Positions 42,128 to 52,233 of a DNA stretch of 64,000 bases are shown here, one piece after another (position 1 is the stretch's first letter; every line of letters begins with the position of its first letter). A model generated the notes under the pieces. It searched no databases and was not told where the DNA came from. It saw only the letters and a program-made list of their open reading frames with translations. Source of the DNA: Candidatus Dormiibacterota bacterium (GTDB lineage Bacteria > Chloroflexota > Dormibacteria > Aeolococcales > Aeolococcaceae); the NCBI GenBank assembly GCA_963718525.1, contig OY970355.1:1536001-1600000 (forward strand), written 5' to 3'. Made by a program: the position numbers and the translations under genes.

Positions 42128-42557
42128 TCTCGAGGCGCATCGGCGCGTGCTCGATGCCGTCCTCGGTCCAGCGTTCACCGCACACCTCGAATCCGAAGCG
42201 CCCGTACCATTCGACGAGATATGCCTGCGCGCTCAGCACGATCGCTCGCCCTGACAGCTCGATCGCGCGGGTGAGCAGCGCGCTCGAATACCCATTTCCG
42301 CGCGCTGACGCAAGCGTCGCCACGCGCCCGATGCGATCTTCAGTCGCTCCCTCGCGCAGGAGGCGGAGCGTGCTCACCACGCGACCGCGGCCATCCTCGA
42401 TCCAGAGGTGCACCGTCTCCGGTTCACCGTCGCGGGCATCGATGTCCTGGTACACGCAGTTCTGCTCGACGACGAACACGTCCTGGCGGACGGCGAGGAT
42501 CCCGAGGAGCGTGCGGGGGGCCAGATCTTCGAGGCGAGCGGCGTGGACCTCGGGCAC
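42117..42557 (-). CDS. ElaA-like GNAT acetyltransferase
   Basis: RQDVFVVEQNCVYQDID, IGRV, LSAQAYL, EDGIEH. Confidence 0.88.
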   Translation of the reverse strand: MPEVHAARLEDLAPRTLLGILAVRQDVFVVEQNCVYQDIDARDGEPETVHLWIEDGRGRVVSTLRLLREGATEDRIGRVATLASARGNGYSSALLTRAIELSGRAIVLSAQAYLVEWYGRFGFEVCGERWTEDGIEHAPMRLEISR

Positions 42558-42573
42558 CGCTCGGTCGGCCCGG

Positions 42574-42684
42574 CTACGCCGCTTGAGGTTCGACAGCTGC
42601 CGCGCACGCCGAGCAGCGGCGGGCCGCCTGGGGGATGTTGGTCACGACGTTGCCCTGGTTGAGAAAGTCACGAAAGCCTTTCAT
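42574..42684 (-). pseudogene. mscL: Internally deleted mscL remnant (36 aa)
   Basis: MKGFRDFLNQGNVV (MscL S1 helix) joined to IPQAARRCSAC (MscL C-terminal zinc-ribbon half); SD AAGGAGG. Confidence 0.7.
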
Positions 42685-42712
42685 TCGTCCTCCTTGTCAC
42701 ACGGCGCGGCCA

Positions 42713-44158
42713 TCACCCGCCGGCCGCCGAAGGGTTGAGCATCGTGACACAGACACCTGTCCAGCAGCGTGTGCCCGAAACGGTGTATCCCCTCCCAGCT
42801 GGAGGCAAGGGATCGCCTGGCTCATACACGTACCAGGCATCGCTTGGACCGGGTGACGATTGCGGCAGCGCATGCAGCACGGCGCCCGGCGGGTACACGG
42901 CGGTGCCCCAGAACCACGGCACGTTGACGCCAAGCACGCGCGTGCGCGCGCCAAGGCCGTGGTTCGCGTAGTACAGGACGAGCAGGTACTCGCTGGGATA
43001 TGCGGTCACGATCTCGCCAGGCGCCGCCACCCGGCTGACGTCGGCAACGGCGAGCGGCGTCTCGGGATTGGTGATCGAGAGGACGGTCGTTGCCGCCACC
43101 GCCGCGGTGGCGGCTGCGGCACCGACCGCCGCCGTGCGCCACCGGAGCGTCGCGAGTCCCGCCCCAACCAGTGGATACATCGGCGCCCACGCTGCGCTCA
43201 GATACTTCCCGTCCTCGAGCGGATGATAGAAGCTCGCCAGGATCATCACTCCGACGCCGATCGCGACCGCGAGGCCCAGAAATGCCGCCGTCTCCACGCC
43301 GACCGCGGTGAGACGCTTTCGATTGACCACGAGCGCGACGAGCACGAGGCAGCCGATCAGGTCACCGGCGACTTCGAGCGCGCGCAGGGCCGCGAACCCG
43401 GTGACCCAGGTGTTGAGCGGTGGCCCGGTGAAGAACTGCTCAAGGCCGCCGAACAGACTGGTGACGCTCAGCGCCGGCACCCAGAATGCACCTGCGCTGT
43501 GGCTGAGCTGCGCACGTGCGACCACGATCCACGGGACCAGGCTCAGCACGATTGCGACGCCGAGAGTTGCGACGAGCAGGACAGCGCGCAGCCGGTGTCG
43601 ATAGAGCACCCCGACCGTGATCACCTGCGCGAACACCGCGAACAGCGCGAAGTAGACGGTGTACACCGCAAGTACAGCAGCCGCGAGGTAGAACGCCCAG
43701 CGCAGGAATGTCGGCCGCTCGAGCGCGCGCAGCAGGCCGAGTGTCGAGGCCAGCACCAACGTTGTCGCGAGCACGTACATTCGCGCATCGAGCGAGCTGA
43801 CGAGCAGTGCGGGAGCGATCGTCCCGATCCCGGCCGCCCAGAGACCACCGGTGTCACCCGCGACGCGCCGTCCCAGCGCTGCGATGAGCGGGATCGCTGC
43901 AGTCCCGGCGAGGACCGGAAAGAGGCGGAGCATCGAGGGACTGGGCGATACCACCGCGAAGAGCCGCTCGACCAGGTAGAAGAGCGGCGGCGCGCTGTCG
44001 TTGCGAACCACGTCGAGCATCGGGCCGAGCGGCCGCTGCACCGCCAGGGCGGTGAACGCCTCGTCTCGCCAGAGTGGTTGGTATCCCAGCAACGCGAGGC
44101 GGACAGCGAGCCCAACCCCGGTGATCAGCCAGACCTTCCCCGCATATCCGCGCAGCAT
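42713..44158 (-). CDS. GT-C glycosyltransferase (ArnT/PMT-like)
   Basis: LWRDEAF, APPLFY, LRL, DARMY; multiple TMs. Confidence 0.82.
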   Translation of the reverse strand: MLRGYAGKVWLITGVGLAVRLALLGYQPLWRDEAFTALAVQRPLGPMLDVVRNDSAPPLFYLVERLFAVVSPSPSMLRLFPVLAGTAAIPLIAALGRRVAGDTGGLWAAGIGTIAPALLVSSLDARMYVLATTLVLASTLGLLRALERPTFLRWAFYLAAAVLAVYTVYFALFAVFAQVITVGVLYRHRLRAVLLVATLGVAIVLSLVPWIVVARAQLSHSAGAFWVPALSVTSLFGGLEQFFTGPPLNTWVTGFAALRALEVAGDLIGCLVLVALVVNRKRLTAVGVETAAFLGLAVAIGVGVMILASFYHPLEDGKYLSAAWAPMYPLVGAGLATLRWRTAAVGAAAATAAVAATTVLSITNPETPLAVADVSRVAAPGEIVTAYPSEYLLVLYYANHGLGARTRVLGVNVPWFWGTAVYPPGAVLHALPQSSPGPSDAWYVYEPGDPLPPAGRGYTVSGTRCWTGVCVTMLNPSAAGG

Positions 44159-44205
44159 CGGCCTCACCTTAGTTCCGCGCCCGCGAGGGGCGCGCGAGGA
44201 CCGCG

Positions 44206-45768
44206 TCAGGGGAGCGGTTGCGCTCCGGGCTGAGGAACCACCGCGAAGACGACGGGATTCCCCTCCGGGTCGGTCGCCACCACCCGCGCCGCCGCGGCGA
44301 TGCCTGGACCCGCGGCTGCCGCGATGTCGGCTCGCGACGGGGCGACGATCAGCGAGTAGACCGCCGGGTTCGCGATCGGGGTCATCGGGGCGACGATGGT
44401 GGGCAGGCGGCCCGCATCGAGGAACTGGACGTCCATGGCGTCGTAGCTGTCGAGGACGACGAGTGTCGACGGGCCGCCGTCGGTCGGATTGTTCACGGCG
44501 GCTGCCGCCAGCGCCACATCGGCAAAGGTGAAGGCGGCGTACCGATCAGCGACCGGGCGATTGAGGTAGGTCACCGCCGACGCGACGCCCAACACGGTGA
44601 GCGTGATTGCGCAGACCATCCACCCCGTCTCCGTCACCGACTTCTCCGACCCCGCTATGCGGGATTCGAGCCGCCGGACGATCGAGATGCCCTCGAGGCA
44701 GCCGAGTCCGATGCACGCGGCAACGTAGGGTTCGAGCCCCAGCGACCTGAGGAAGTGCGGTGCCCCCCCTTCGTTGGCGATCAGCGGAGGTATCAGGAAG
44801 ACGGGGAGGCCGAGCAGGACCAGCGCGTGACCATGATCGCCCCGCCGGCGCCAGCAGCGCCAGATGCCCAGCAGAAAGGGCACGGCGAGCACCGGGCCGA
44901 GGAGTGGCAGTGCCGAGACGTCATGGCGGGGATTGGGGTCGCCGGTGACGAAGAACATCCCAAGGGTCTTGAGGATGTGCACCGGGTAGCTGTCCGCCGA
45001 CATCGAGCTGCCGTTGAAGACGGAGACGAAAGCTGCACGCCCGAAGTAGCCGGAGAAATCGGTGACCGCCGTGTAGACCATCGGCGAGATCACCACGACA
45101 AACGCGGCGCCGGCCCATATCCACGTCGCACGGACCGAGCGAAAGCGCTCACGCTCATGCGTGTACATCCACGCCAACCAGAGGATCGCGAGCAGTGGCA
45201 GCAGCTTCAGGGGCTGGTACGTCCAGAATCCCAGCGCCACGAGGATTCCGGCGACAACACCACTCGTCCGGGACGGCCGGTCACCCCAGCGGAGGAGCGC
45301 CGCCAGCGCGGCAGCCCCGACGATCACAGTCAGGATGTTCCTGAACCCATCTCGGGAAACGGCGATCATCCACAGCGACCCGGCCGTCCACGCCATTGCC
45401 ACGAGCGCCGGTCCTCGGCCGAAACGTCGAACCGCGACGTAGGTCGCGATGACACCGGCGACGCCGACCGCCGCAGCTGTGCCGCGCAGGGTCACCACCG
45501 ACGACCCGAACACCTTGAAGACGGCGGCGACGATGTACGCATACAACGCCTCACGGCCGCCGTCACTGTTGAAGAACACCGGGTGGTAGCCGGGAATCGC
45601 CAGGAGGCTCTGCGCACTGAGCCCCTCCGCCGCTTCGTCCGGGTACAGGCCGCCGGGCTGGCTCTGCAGCGCCCAGAAGCGCACCACGATCGCCGCGATC
45701 ACGATCAGGGCGGCGGCCGCAGCTTCAACTGCAGTCGCCGTCCTGAGGCGCCCAAAGACGCCGGTTAT
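44206..45768 (-). CDS. GT-C glycosyltransferase (ArnT/PMT-like)
   Basis: PGGLYPDEA, GREALY, SRDGFR; start uncertain (ATA 45768 or up to 45837). Confidence 0.82.
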   Translation of the reverse strand: MTGVFGRLRTATAVEAAAAALIVIAAIVVRFWALQSQPGGLYPDEAAEGLSAQSLLAIPGYHPVFFNSDGGREALYAYIVAAVFKVFGSSVVTLRGTAAAVGVAGVIATYVAVRRFGRGPALVAMAWTAGSLWMIAVSRDGFRNILTVIVGAAALAALLRWGDRPSRTSGVVAGILVALGFWTYQPLKLLPLLAILWLAWMYTHERERFRSVRATWIWAGAAFVVVISPMVYTAVTDFSGYFGRAAFVSVFNGSSMSADSYPVHILKTLGMFFVTGDPNPRHDVSALPLLGPVLAVPFLLGIWRCWRRRGDHGHALVLLGLPVFLIPPLIANEGGAPHFLRSLGLEPYVAACIGLGCLEGISIVRRLESRIAGSEKSVTETGWMVCAITLTVLGVASAVTYLNRPVADRYAAFTFADVALAAAAVNNPTDGGPSTLVVLDSYDAMDVQFLDAGRLPTIVAPMTPIANPAVYSLIVAPSRADIAAAAGPGIAAAARVVATDPEGNPVVFAVVPQPGAQPLP

Positions 45769-46004
45769 GCGGGTGATCCGGCCCCCGTCAATTCGAGGCT
45801 GGAGTGGAGCAACGTCCTGGTGGCGGCGATCCGGCACGCCAGCATCTCCAGAACGTCATCGAGCTGGTCCCGTAGCACGGTTTCCAGCTCGATAGGGTGG
45901 TTGTCAATCTCCCGCAGCAGCGCCGACAGCCGGAGCGCCTTCTGGTCGATCTTCGCAACGACCTCCTGCGGGCCAGTCGTCGCGATCAAGTGATTCGGCT
46001 CCAT
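45765..46004 (-). CDS. Small hypothetical helical protein
   Basis: 79 aa, SD GGAGG before ATG 46004, Leu heptad pattern. Confidence 0.55.
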   Translation of the reverse strand: MEPNHLIATTGPQEVVAKIDQKALRLSALLREIDNHPIELETVLRDQLDDVLEMLACRIAATRTLLHSSLELTGAGSPA

Positions 46005-46150
46005 CCAGATCCTCCGTGTGCGGTAGGTGGATGTCATCAGAGTAGGCACCTGAGAGAGGGTTGTCCAGCGATCGTCCTGTCGCAAATCGGCACCATGCTG
46101 GAGGCCTCGACGCAAGCACTAAACTGGGACCGGCCGGTTCGACCGACCGG

Positions 46151-46232
46151 GCGCGGATGGCGGAATCGGTAGACGCGCGGGACTTAGGATCCCGTGGGGC
46201 GACCCGTCCGAGTTCGAGTCTCGGTCCGCGCA
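46151..46232 (+). tRNA. tRNA-Leu(TAG)
   Basis: GCGCGGA/TCCGCGC acceptor, GGCGGAATCGGTAGACGC D-arm, CGGGA-CTTAGGA-TCCCG, long variable arm, GTTCGAGT. Confidence 0.95.
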
Positions 46233-46249
46233 CGGCGCAACCCAGAAAT

Positions 46250-47632
46250 ATGAGTACCCAGATGACCGACACCCCCAGCGAGAGTCCGGCCGAGAGTCCG
46301 GCCAAGAGTCCGGCAGTGAGTCCGGCAGTCAGCCCAGCGATGACCGTCACACTCGAAAAGAAAGCGGCCTCGCAGGTGGCCCTCCAGGTCGAGGCCACCG
46401 CCGACGAGGTCGAGGCGGCCGTCCAGGCGTCGTTGCGCAGGCTGGCGGGACGAGTTCGAATTCCAGGGTTCCGCCCCGGCAAGGCGCCGTCTGCGATGGT
46501 CGAGCGGGCGGTCGGCTGGGAGACGATCCGCCACGAGACCGTCGATCACCTGGTGCCGGAGCTTTACCGGCGTGCCGTCGATGAGACAGGCGTCGAGCCG
46601 GTCGGCGATCCTGAGCTCGATCTCGGCGAACTGGAGCGCGATCAGCCGCTGAAGTTCACCGCCACTGTCACCGTGAAGCCGGAGGTGGACCTGCGCGATT
46701 ACCTGTCGCTCCGCGTGCCGATGGAGACCACCGAGGTCACCGAGGAGACCGTCGACCAGGCGATCCAGGAAGCACGCCGGCGCCATTCCGAGATTGTCGA
46801 CGTCGATCGCGCCGCCCAGGCCGGAGACGTCATCCGCAGCACGCTGGTGATGCGCCGCGGCGAGGAGATCCTCACCGGCGGCGATGGCGAGGAGCGCGAC
46901 CTGGAATTGGATCGCGAGCTGGTGATCCCGGCAATCGTCGACGGGGTCATCGGATTGAGCGCCGGCCAGTCGCGGAGCTTCGAGACAACGCTCCCCCCGG
47001 ACTACCGTCAGGAGGAGCTCCGCGGCGCCACGGTCTCGATCGACGTCACGGTGCACGCGGTCCGCGAGCGCACCCTGCCCCCGGAGGACGACGCGCTCGC
47101 CGTTCTCGACAGCCACGGGCCGACCCTCGAGGATCTGCGCGACCATTACCGCAGCGCGCTGGCGGTCGAGGCTGCCGAACGGGATCGCGAGAACCACGAG
47201 GGAGCGGCCCTGGAGGCACTCCGTGACCACGTCCGGGTCGACGTCCCCGAGGCGATGATCGAACGCGAGATCGACCGGCAGATCGCGGATCTCGAGTACC
47301 GGCTTGCGTCGCTTGGACTGCCGCTCGACAGGTATATCGAGATGAGCGGCCAGTCGATGGCGTCGATTCGCTCCGAACGCCGCGAGGCGGCTGCGAGCAG
47401 AGTGAGGCTCGAACTCGCGCTCGACGCTCTCGCCATGGCCGAGGGGATCGAGGTCGACGAGAGCCAGGTGGAGCGCGAGGCGCGGGCCGTTGCGGAAGGC
47501 CGCCGCATCGATGCGACCCAGCGCCGGCGCCTGGAGGATCTTGCTCGCCGGGACCTGCGCCGCCGCGCTGCGGGTCAGCGGCTGCTCGAGATCGTCACCC
47601 CGGACACGGATTCCGACTTCGTCGCGACCTGA
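46250..47632 (+). CDS. tig: Trigger factor
   Basis: IPGFRPGKAP ribosome-binding motif, FKBP-like and C-domains; follows tRNA-Leu, upstream of clpPX. Confidence 0.93.
   Translation: MSTQMTDTPSESPAESPAKSPAVSPAVSPAMTVTLEKKAASQVALQVEATADEVEAAVQASLRRLAGRVRIPGFRPGKAPSAMVERAVGWETIRHETVDHLVPELYRRAVDETGVEPVGDPELDLGELERDQPLKFTATVTVKPEVDLRDYLSLRVPMETTEVTEETVDQAIQEARRRHSEIVDVDRAAQAGDVIRSTLVMRRGEEILTGGDGEERDLELDRELVIPAIVDGVIGLSAGQSRSFETTLPPDYRQEELRGATVSIDVTVHAVRERTLPPEDDALAVLDSHGPTLEDLRDHYRSALAVEAAERDRENHEGAALEALRDHVRVDVPEAMIEREIDRQIADLEYRLASLGLPLDRYIEMSGQSMASIRSERREAAASRVRLELALDALAMAEGIEVDESQVEREARAVAEGRRIDATQRRRLEDLARRDLRRRAAGQRLLEIVTPDTDSDFVAT
46280..46339 (+). repeat. Five 12-bp tandem repeats (xSPA) in tig 5' region
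   Basis: GAGAGTCCGGCC x2, AAGAGTCCGGCA, GTGAGTCCGGCA, GTCAGCCCAGCG. Confidence 0.85.
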
Positions 47633-47671
47633 GGCGTGGTCTCCGGCAACCGTGGGTAAGCTGTGCCGGGC

Positions 47672-48658
47672 ATGGGCCAGCCGGTAATCAGCGTTCGCGA
47701 CCTCGTCAAGACCTACGGGAAGGTAGAGGCGGTGCGGGGGATCGACCTCGAGGTCGGCGCCGGAGAGATCTTCGGATTTCTCGGCCCGAACGGCGCCGGG
47801 AAGTCGACGACGATCAGCATCCTCTGCACGCTCGTCCGGCCGACCTCGGGTGTCGCTCAGGTCGCGGGCATCGACGTCCTCAAGGACCCCAGCGCGGTCC
47901 GTGCGCGCATCGGCCTGGTGTTCCAGGACCCGTCGCTCGACGGTCAGCTCACGGGGCGCGAGAACCTCGACTTCCATGCATACCTCTACGGGCTGCCGGC
48001 AGCCACGCGCAAACAGCGCATCGACGACGCCCTGTCGATCGTCGAGCTCACCGACCGCGCCGATTCAACGGTGCTCACGTATTCGGGCGGGATGCGGCGC
48101 CGGTTGGAGATCGCGCGCGGCATCCTCCATTACCCGCAGGTGCTGTTCCTCGACGAGCCGACGCTCGGTCTCGATCCGCAGACTCGCAACAAGATCTGGG
48201 ACTACCTCCACGCCGTGCGGACTCGTGAGCACATCACCATCTTCATGACCACGCACTACATGGACGAGGCCGAGTTCTGCGATCGCATCGCGATCATCGA
48301 CCAGGGCAGGATCGTTGCCCTGGGGACGCCCTCCGAGCTCAAGACCAGGGTCGGCGGCGATGTGATCACCATCACCACGCCGGATACCAATGTGGCCGCC
48401 GAACAGATCCGCACCCTGATGCATCTCGAACCACTCCAGGTCGACGGCATCCTGCAGGTCGAGGTCGCGGATTCTGCGTCGTTCATGCCCCGGCTCTTCT
48501 CCGAGTTGAGCGTTCCGATCACTGCAGTGAGCGCGCGCCGTCCAAGCCTCGACGACGTGTTCCTCAAGCTCACCGGTCGAGCCATTCGCGAGCACGGAAC
48601 AACGGCGCTGGATACGATGCGAAACATGGGCAGGATATGGGGAGGTGGACGCCGATGA
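47672..48658 (+). CDS. DrrA-like ABC exporter ATP-binding protein
   Basis: [38 protein letters not shown]. Confidence 0.92.
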   Translation: MGQPVISVRDLVKTYGKVEAVRGIDLEVGAGEIFGFLGPNGAGKSTTISILCTLVRPTSGVAQVAGIDVLKDPSAVRARIGLVFQDPSLDGQLTGRENLDFHAYLYGLPAATRKQRIDDALSIVELTDRADSTVLTYSGGMRRRLEIARGILHYPQVLFLDEPTLGLDPQTRNKIWDYLHAVRTREHITIFMTTHYMDEAEFCDRIAIIDQGRIVALGTPSELKTRVGGDVITITTPDTNVAAEQIRTLMHLEPLQVDGILQVEVADSASFMPRLFSELSVPITAVSARRPSLDDVFLKLTGRAIREHGTTALDTMRNMGRIWGGGRR

Positions 48659-49542
48659 CCGAGCAGATACTCACAGCCCCCACGCTGCCACAGGCACGGG
48701 CGGTGAATATTCGCGGCGCGACCCTGCGCGCGGTCTACATCATCTGGAAGCGCGACCTCATCCGCTACTGGCGCGACCGGATGCGTGTTGTCGCATCGCT
48801 CGCACAGCCGGTGCTCTTTCTGTTCGTCTTCGGCAGTGGTCTCAGCTCCTCGTTGCGGGGGAGCACCGGCGGCTTCGGCGGCCCGGGGTCGTCGCTGCAA
48901 TACGTGCAGTTCATCTTCCCCGGCATCATCGGGATGTCGGTGCTCTTCACGTCGATCTTCGGCGCGATGTCGATCGTCTGGGATCGCGAGTTCGGTTTCC
49001 TGAAGGAGGTGCTCGTCGCTCCGATCCATCGCTCTGCCGTGGCTGTCGGCAAGACGCTCGGCGGCGCGACCCAGGCGATGTTTCAGGGGATTGTCATCCT
49101 GATTCTCGCGCCGCTTGTCGGCGTGAAGCTGTCGTTCGTCGGCGTGGTCGAACTGATTCCGATGATCTTTCTGTTCGCGTTCGCCCTCAGCGCACTCGGC
49201 GTTGCCGTGGCGGCACGCATGCGCACCATGCAGGGGTTCCAGATGGTGATGAACTTCCTGATGATGCCCATGTTCTTTCTCGCGGGTGCGCTATTCCCCC
49301 TCGGTGGCAACCTCCCCGCATGGCTCTCTGTGCTCACACGCTTCGATCCCGCCAGCTACGGCATCGATGCGCTTCGGCGCACGGTGCTCACCGCGTCGGG
49401 GGTTCCCTCACGCATCCTGGACAGCCTCGGCCTCAGCATCTTTGGTCACCCGCTCTCGGTATGGCCGGAGGTGGCCGTGCTCCTCGCCTTCGGGGTGCTC
49501 ATGTTGAGCCTGGCGGTCTATGGATTTCGACAGCGCGACTAA
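48655..49542 (+). CDS. DrrB-like ABC-2 permease
   Basis: [32 protein letters not shown]. Confidence 0.9.
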   Translation: MTEQILTAPTLPQARAVNIRGATLRAVYIIWKRDLIRYWRDRMRVVASLAQPVLFLFVFGSGLSSSLRGSTGGFGGPGSSLQYVQFIFPGIIGMSVLFTSIFGAMSIVWDREFGFLKEVLVAPIHRSAVAVGKTLGGATQAMFQGIVILILAPLVGVKLSFVGVVELIPMIFLFAFALSALGVAVAARMRTMQGFQMVMNFLMMPMFFLAGALFPLGGNLPAWLSVLTRFDPASYGIDALRRTVLTASGVPSRILDSLGLSIFGHPLSVWPEVAVLLAFGVLMLSLAVYGFRQRD

Positions 49543-49568
49543 AAAAGGCCACCTATAATGGAAAAGGT

Positions 49569-50270
49569 ATGAATCCGACCAATCTGATCCCGTACGTCAT
49601 CGAGACCACGAATCGGGGCGAACGCGGGATGGACATCTACTCGCGGCTGCTCAAAGACCGAATCATCTTCATCGGGACGCCGATCGACGACCAGGTCGCC
49701 AATGTTGTGATGGCACAGTTGCTCTTCCTCGCCGGGGAGGATCCCGAGAAGGACATCTGGCTCTACATCAACTCGCCTGGCGGCTCCGTGTACGCGGGCC
49801 TCGCCATCTACGACACGATGCAGTACGTCGAGCCGCGCGTCGGCACGATCTGCATGGGCATTGCCGCGTCCATGGCAGCCATCCTGCTCGCCGGTGGCGC
49901 GGCGGGGATGCGTCTCAGCCTGCCGAACACGCGCGTACTCATCCATCAGCCGTCGGGCGGATTCAGCGGCCAGGCCACTGACATCCAGATCCATGCGCAG
50001 GAGATCCTCCGTGTCCGCCGGCGCCTTGATGAAATCCTCGCGCACCACAGCGGCAAGCCCATCGAGGTCGTCAACCACGACTCCGATCGTGACTTCTTCA
50101 TGAGTGCCGAGGAAGCCAAGGACTACGGCCTCATCGACGAGATCATCCAGGGCCGCATCAAGAGTGGCGGACCACCGAACGGTGAGAGCAGCAACGGTGG
50201 GCGGCCGCCCGGAGCGCCGCCTGAAGCAGAGACACCCCAGGCGGGTGGCGGCGCAACTGCTCACGCGTAA
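49569..50270 (+). CDS. clpP: ATP-dependent Clp protease proteolytic subunit
   Basis: [31 protein letters not shown]; TATAAT at 49554-49559. Confidence 0.96.
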   Translation: MNPTNLIPYVIETTNRGERGMDIYSRLLKDRIIFIGTPIDDQVANVVMAQLLFLAGEDPEKDIWLYINSPGGSVYAGLAIYDTMQYVEPRVGTICMGIAASMAAILLAGGAAGMRLSLPNTRVLIHQPSGGFSGQATDIQIHAQEILRVRRRLDEILAHHSGKPIEVVNHDSDRDFFMSAEEAKDYGLIDEIIQGRIKSGGPPNGESSNGGRPPGAPPEAETPQAGGGATAHA

Positions 50271-50322
50271 CGGGAGACCGTACGGTCGTTCGTAGGAATG
50301 CAGACAATCCAAGGGGTATGCG

Positions 50323-51612
<1,290 letters not shown>

Positions 51613-51614
51613 GC

Positions 51615-52202
51615 GTGAGTCGCCGAGCCGTGGCCCTGGCTGCCGGGGTCGTGGTGGTCTTCTTCGCGGTGACGCTGATCACGCTGACGCACGTCGTCAC
51701 CAATAGCGCTTCAGGCTGCTCGATCAGCGAGCCTGCACCGAGCCTGCCCGCCGCGCTGCGCTCGCTCGGTGGTTTCGACCAGTCATTCGACGCGAGCAAT
51801 CCGACTGAGCTCGCCCAGGTGGGACAGGCCGCGGCGGCCGCGGTGATCCCGAACCTCGACGGCGCGATCGCCGAGCGACCGGTGAACGTGACCGCGGCGG
51901 TGGTGGGACAACCGGCGGCGGTGGTTGTGCCGCTCACCGCCCAGGCGGCGTCGCCGGGAGGCATGCGCCTGGTCGGACTCGTGTCGTTCTACGTGGGCTG
52001 CGGCGGGCGGGCCTACTTCGGATCGGTCACCAGTGTTGCGTCGCCGGGGCCGTCGAACGCGCTGGCGTTCCCCACGGTGGGGGAGAGCGCAGCCGCGCAG
52101 CAGCTCGCCACATCGACCCCGCAACTCGTCTATACGACGTCGCCATTCATGCCCGAATGGCGCAATGCGCAATCCGGCGCGACCATCCCGGCCGGCGAGT
52201 GA
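51615..52202 (+). CDS. Hypothetical membrane-anchored exported protein
   Basis: N-terminal TM, two Cys, fills clpX-valS gap. Confidence 0.6.
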   Translation: MSRRAVALAAGVVVVFFAVTLITLTHVVTNSASGCSISEPAPSLPAALRSLGGFDQSFDASNPTELAQVGQAAAAAVIPNLDGAIAERPVNVTAAVVGQPAAVVVPLTAQAASPGGMRLVGLVSFYVGCGGRAYFGSVTSVASPGPSNALAFPTVGESAAAQQLATSTPQLVYTTSPFMPEWRNAQSGATIPAGE

Positions 52203-52233
52203 CACCCGGTCGGCCCATATACTCAATCGCCCA

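Noticed and set aside
46280-46339. Short tandem repeats considered as a CRISPR array
   Set aside because: 12-bp units with no spacers, in frame within tig; no cas genes in the window
48645-49568. Apparent long N-terminal extension of ClpP; similar extensions on modC, valS and the histidine kinase
   Set aside because: Open off-frames of the upstream genes; real starts are marked by homology and promoter/SD signals
50276-50287. Palindrome GACCGTACGGTC between clpP and clpX
   Set aside because: Single occurrence with no recognised regulator consensus; insufficient support
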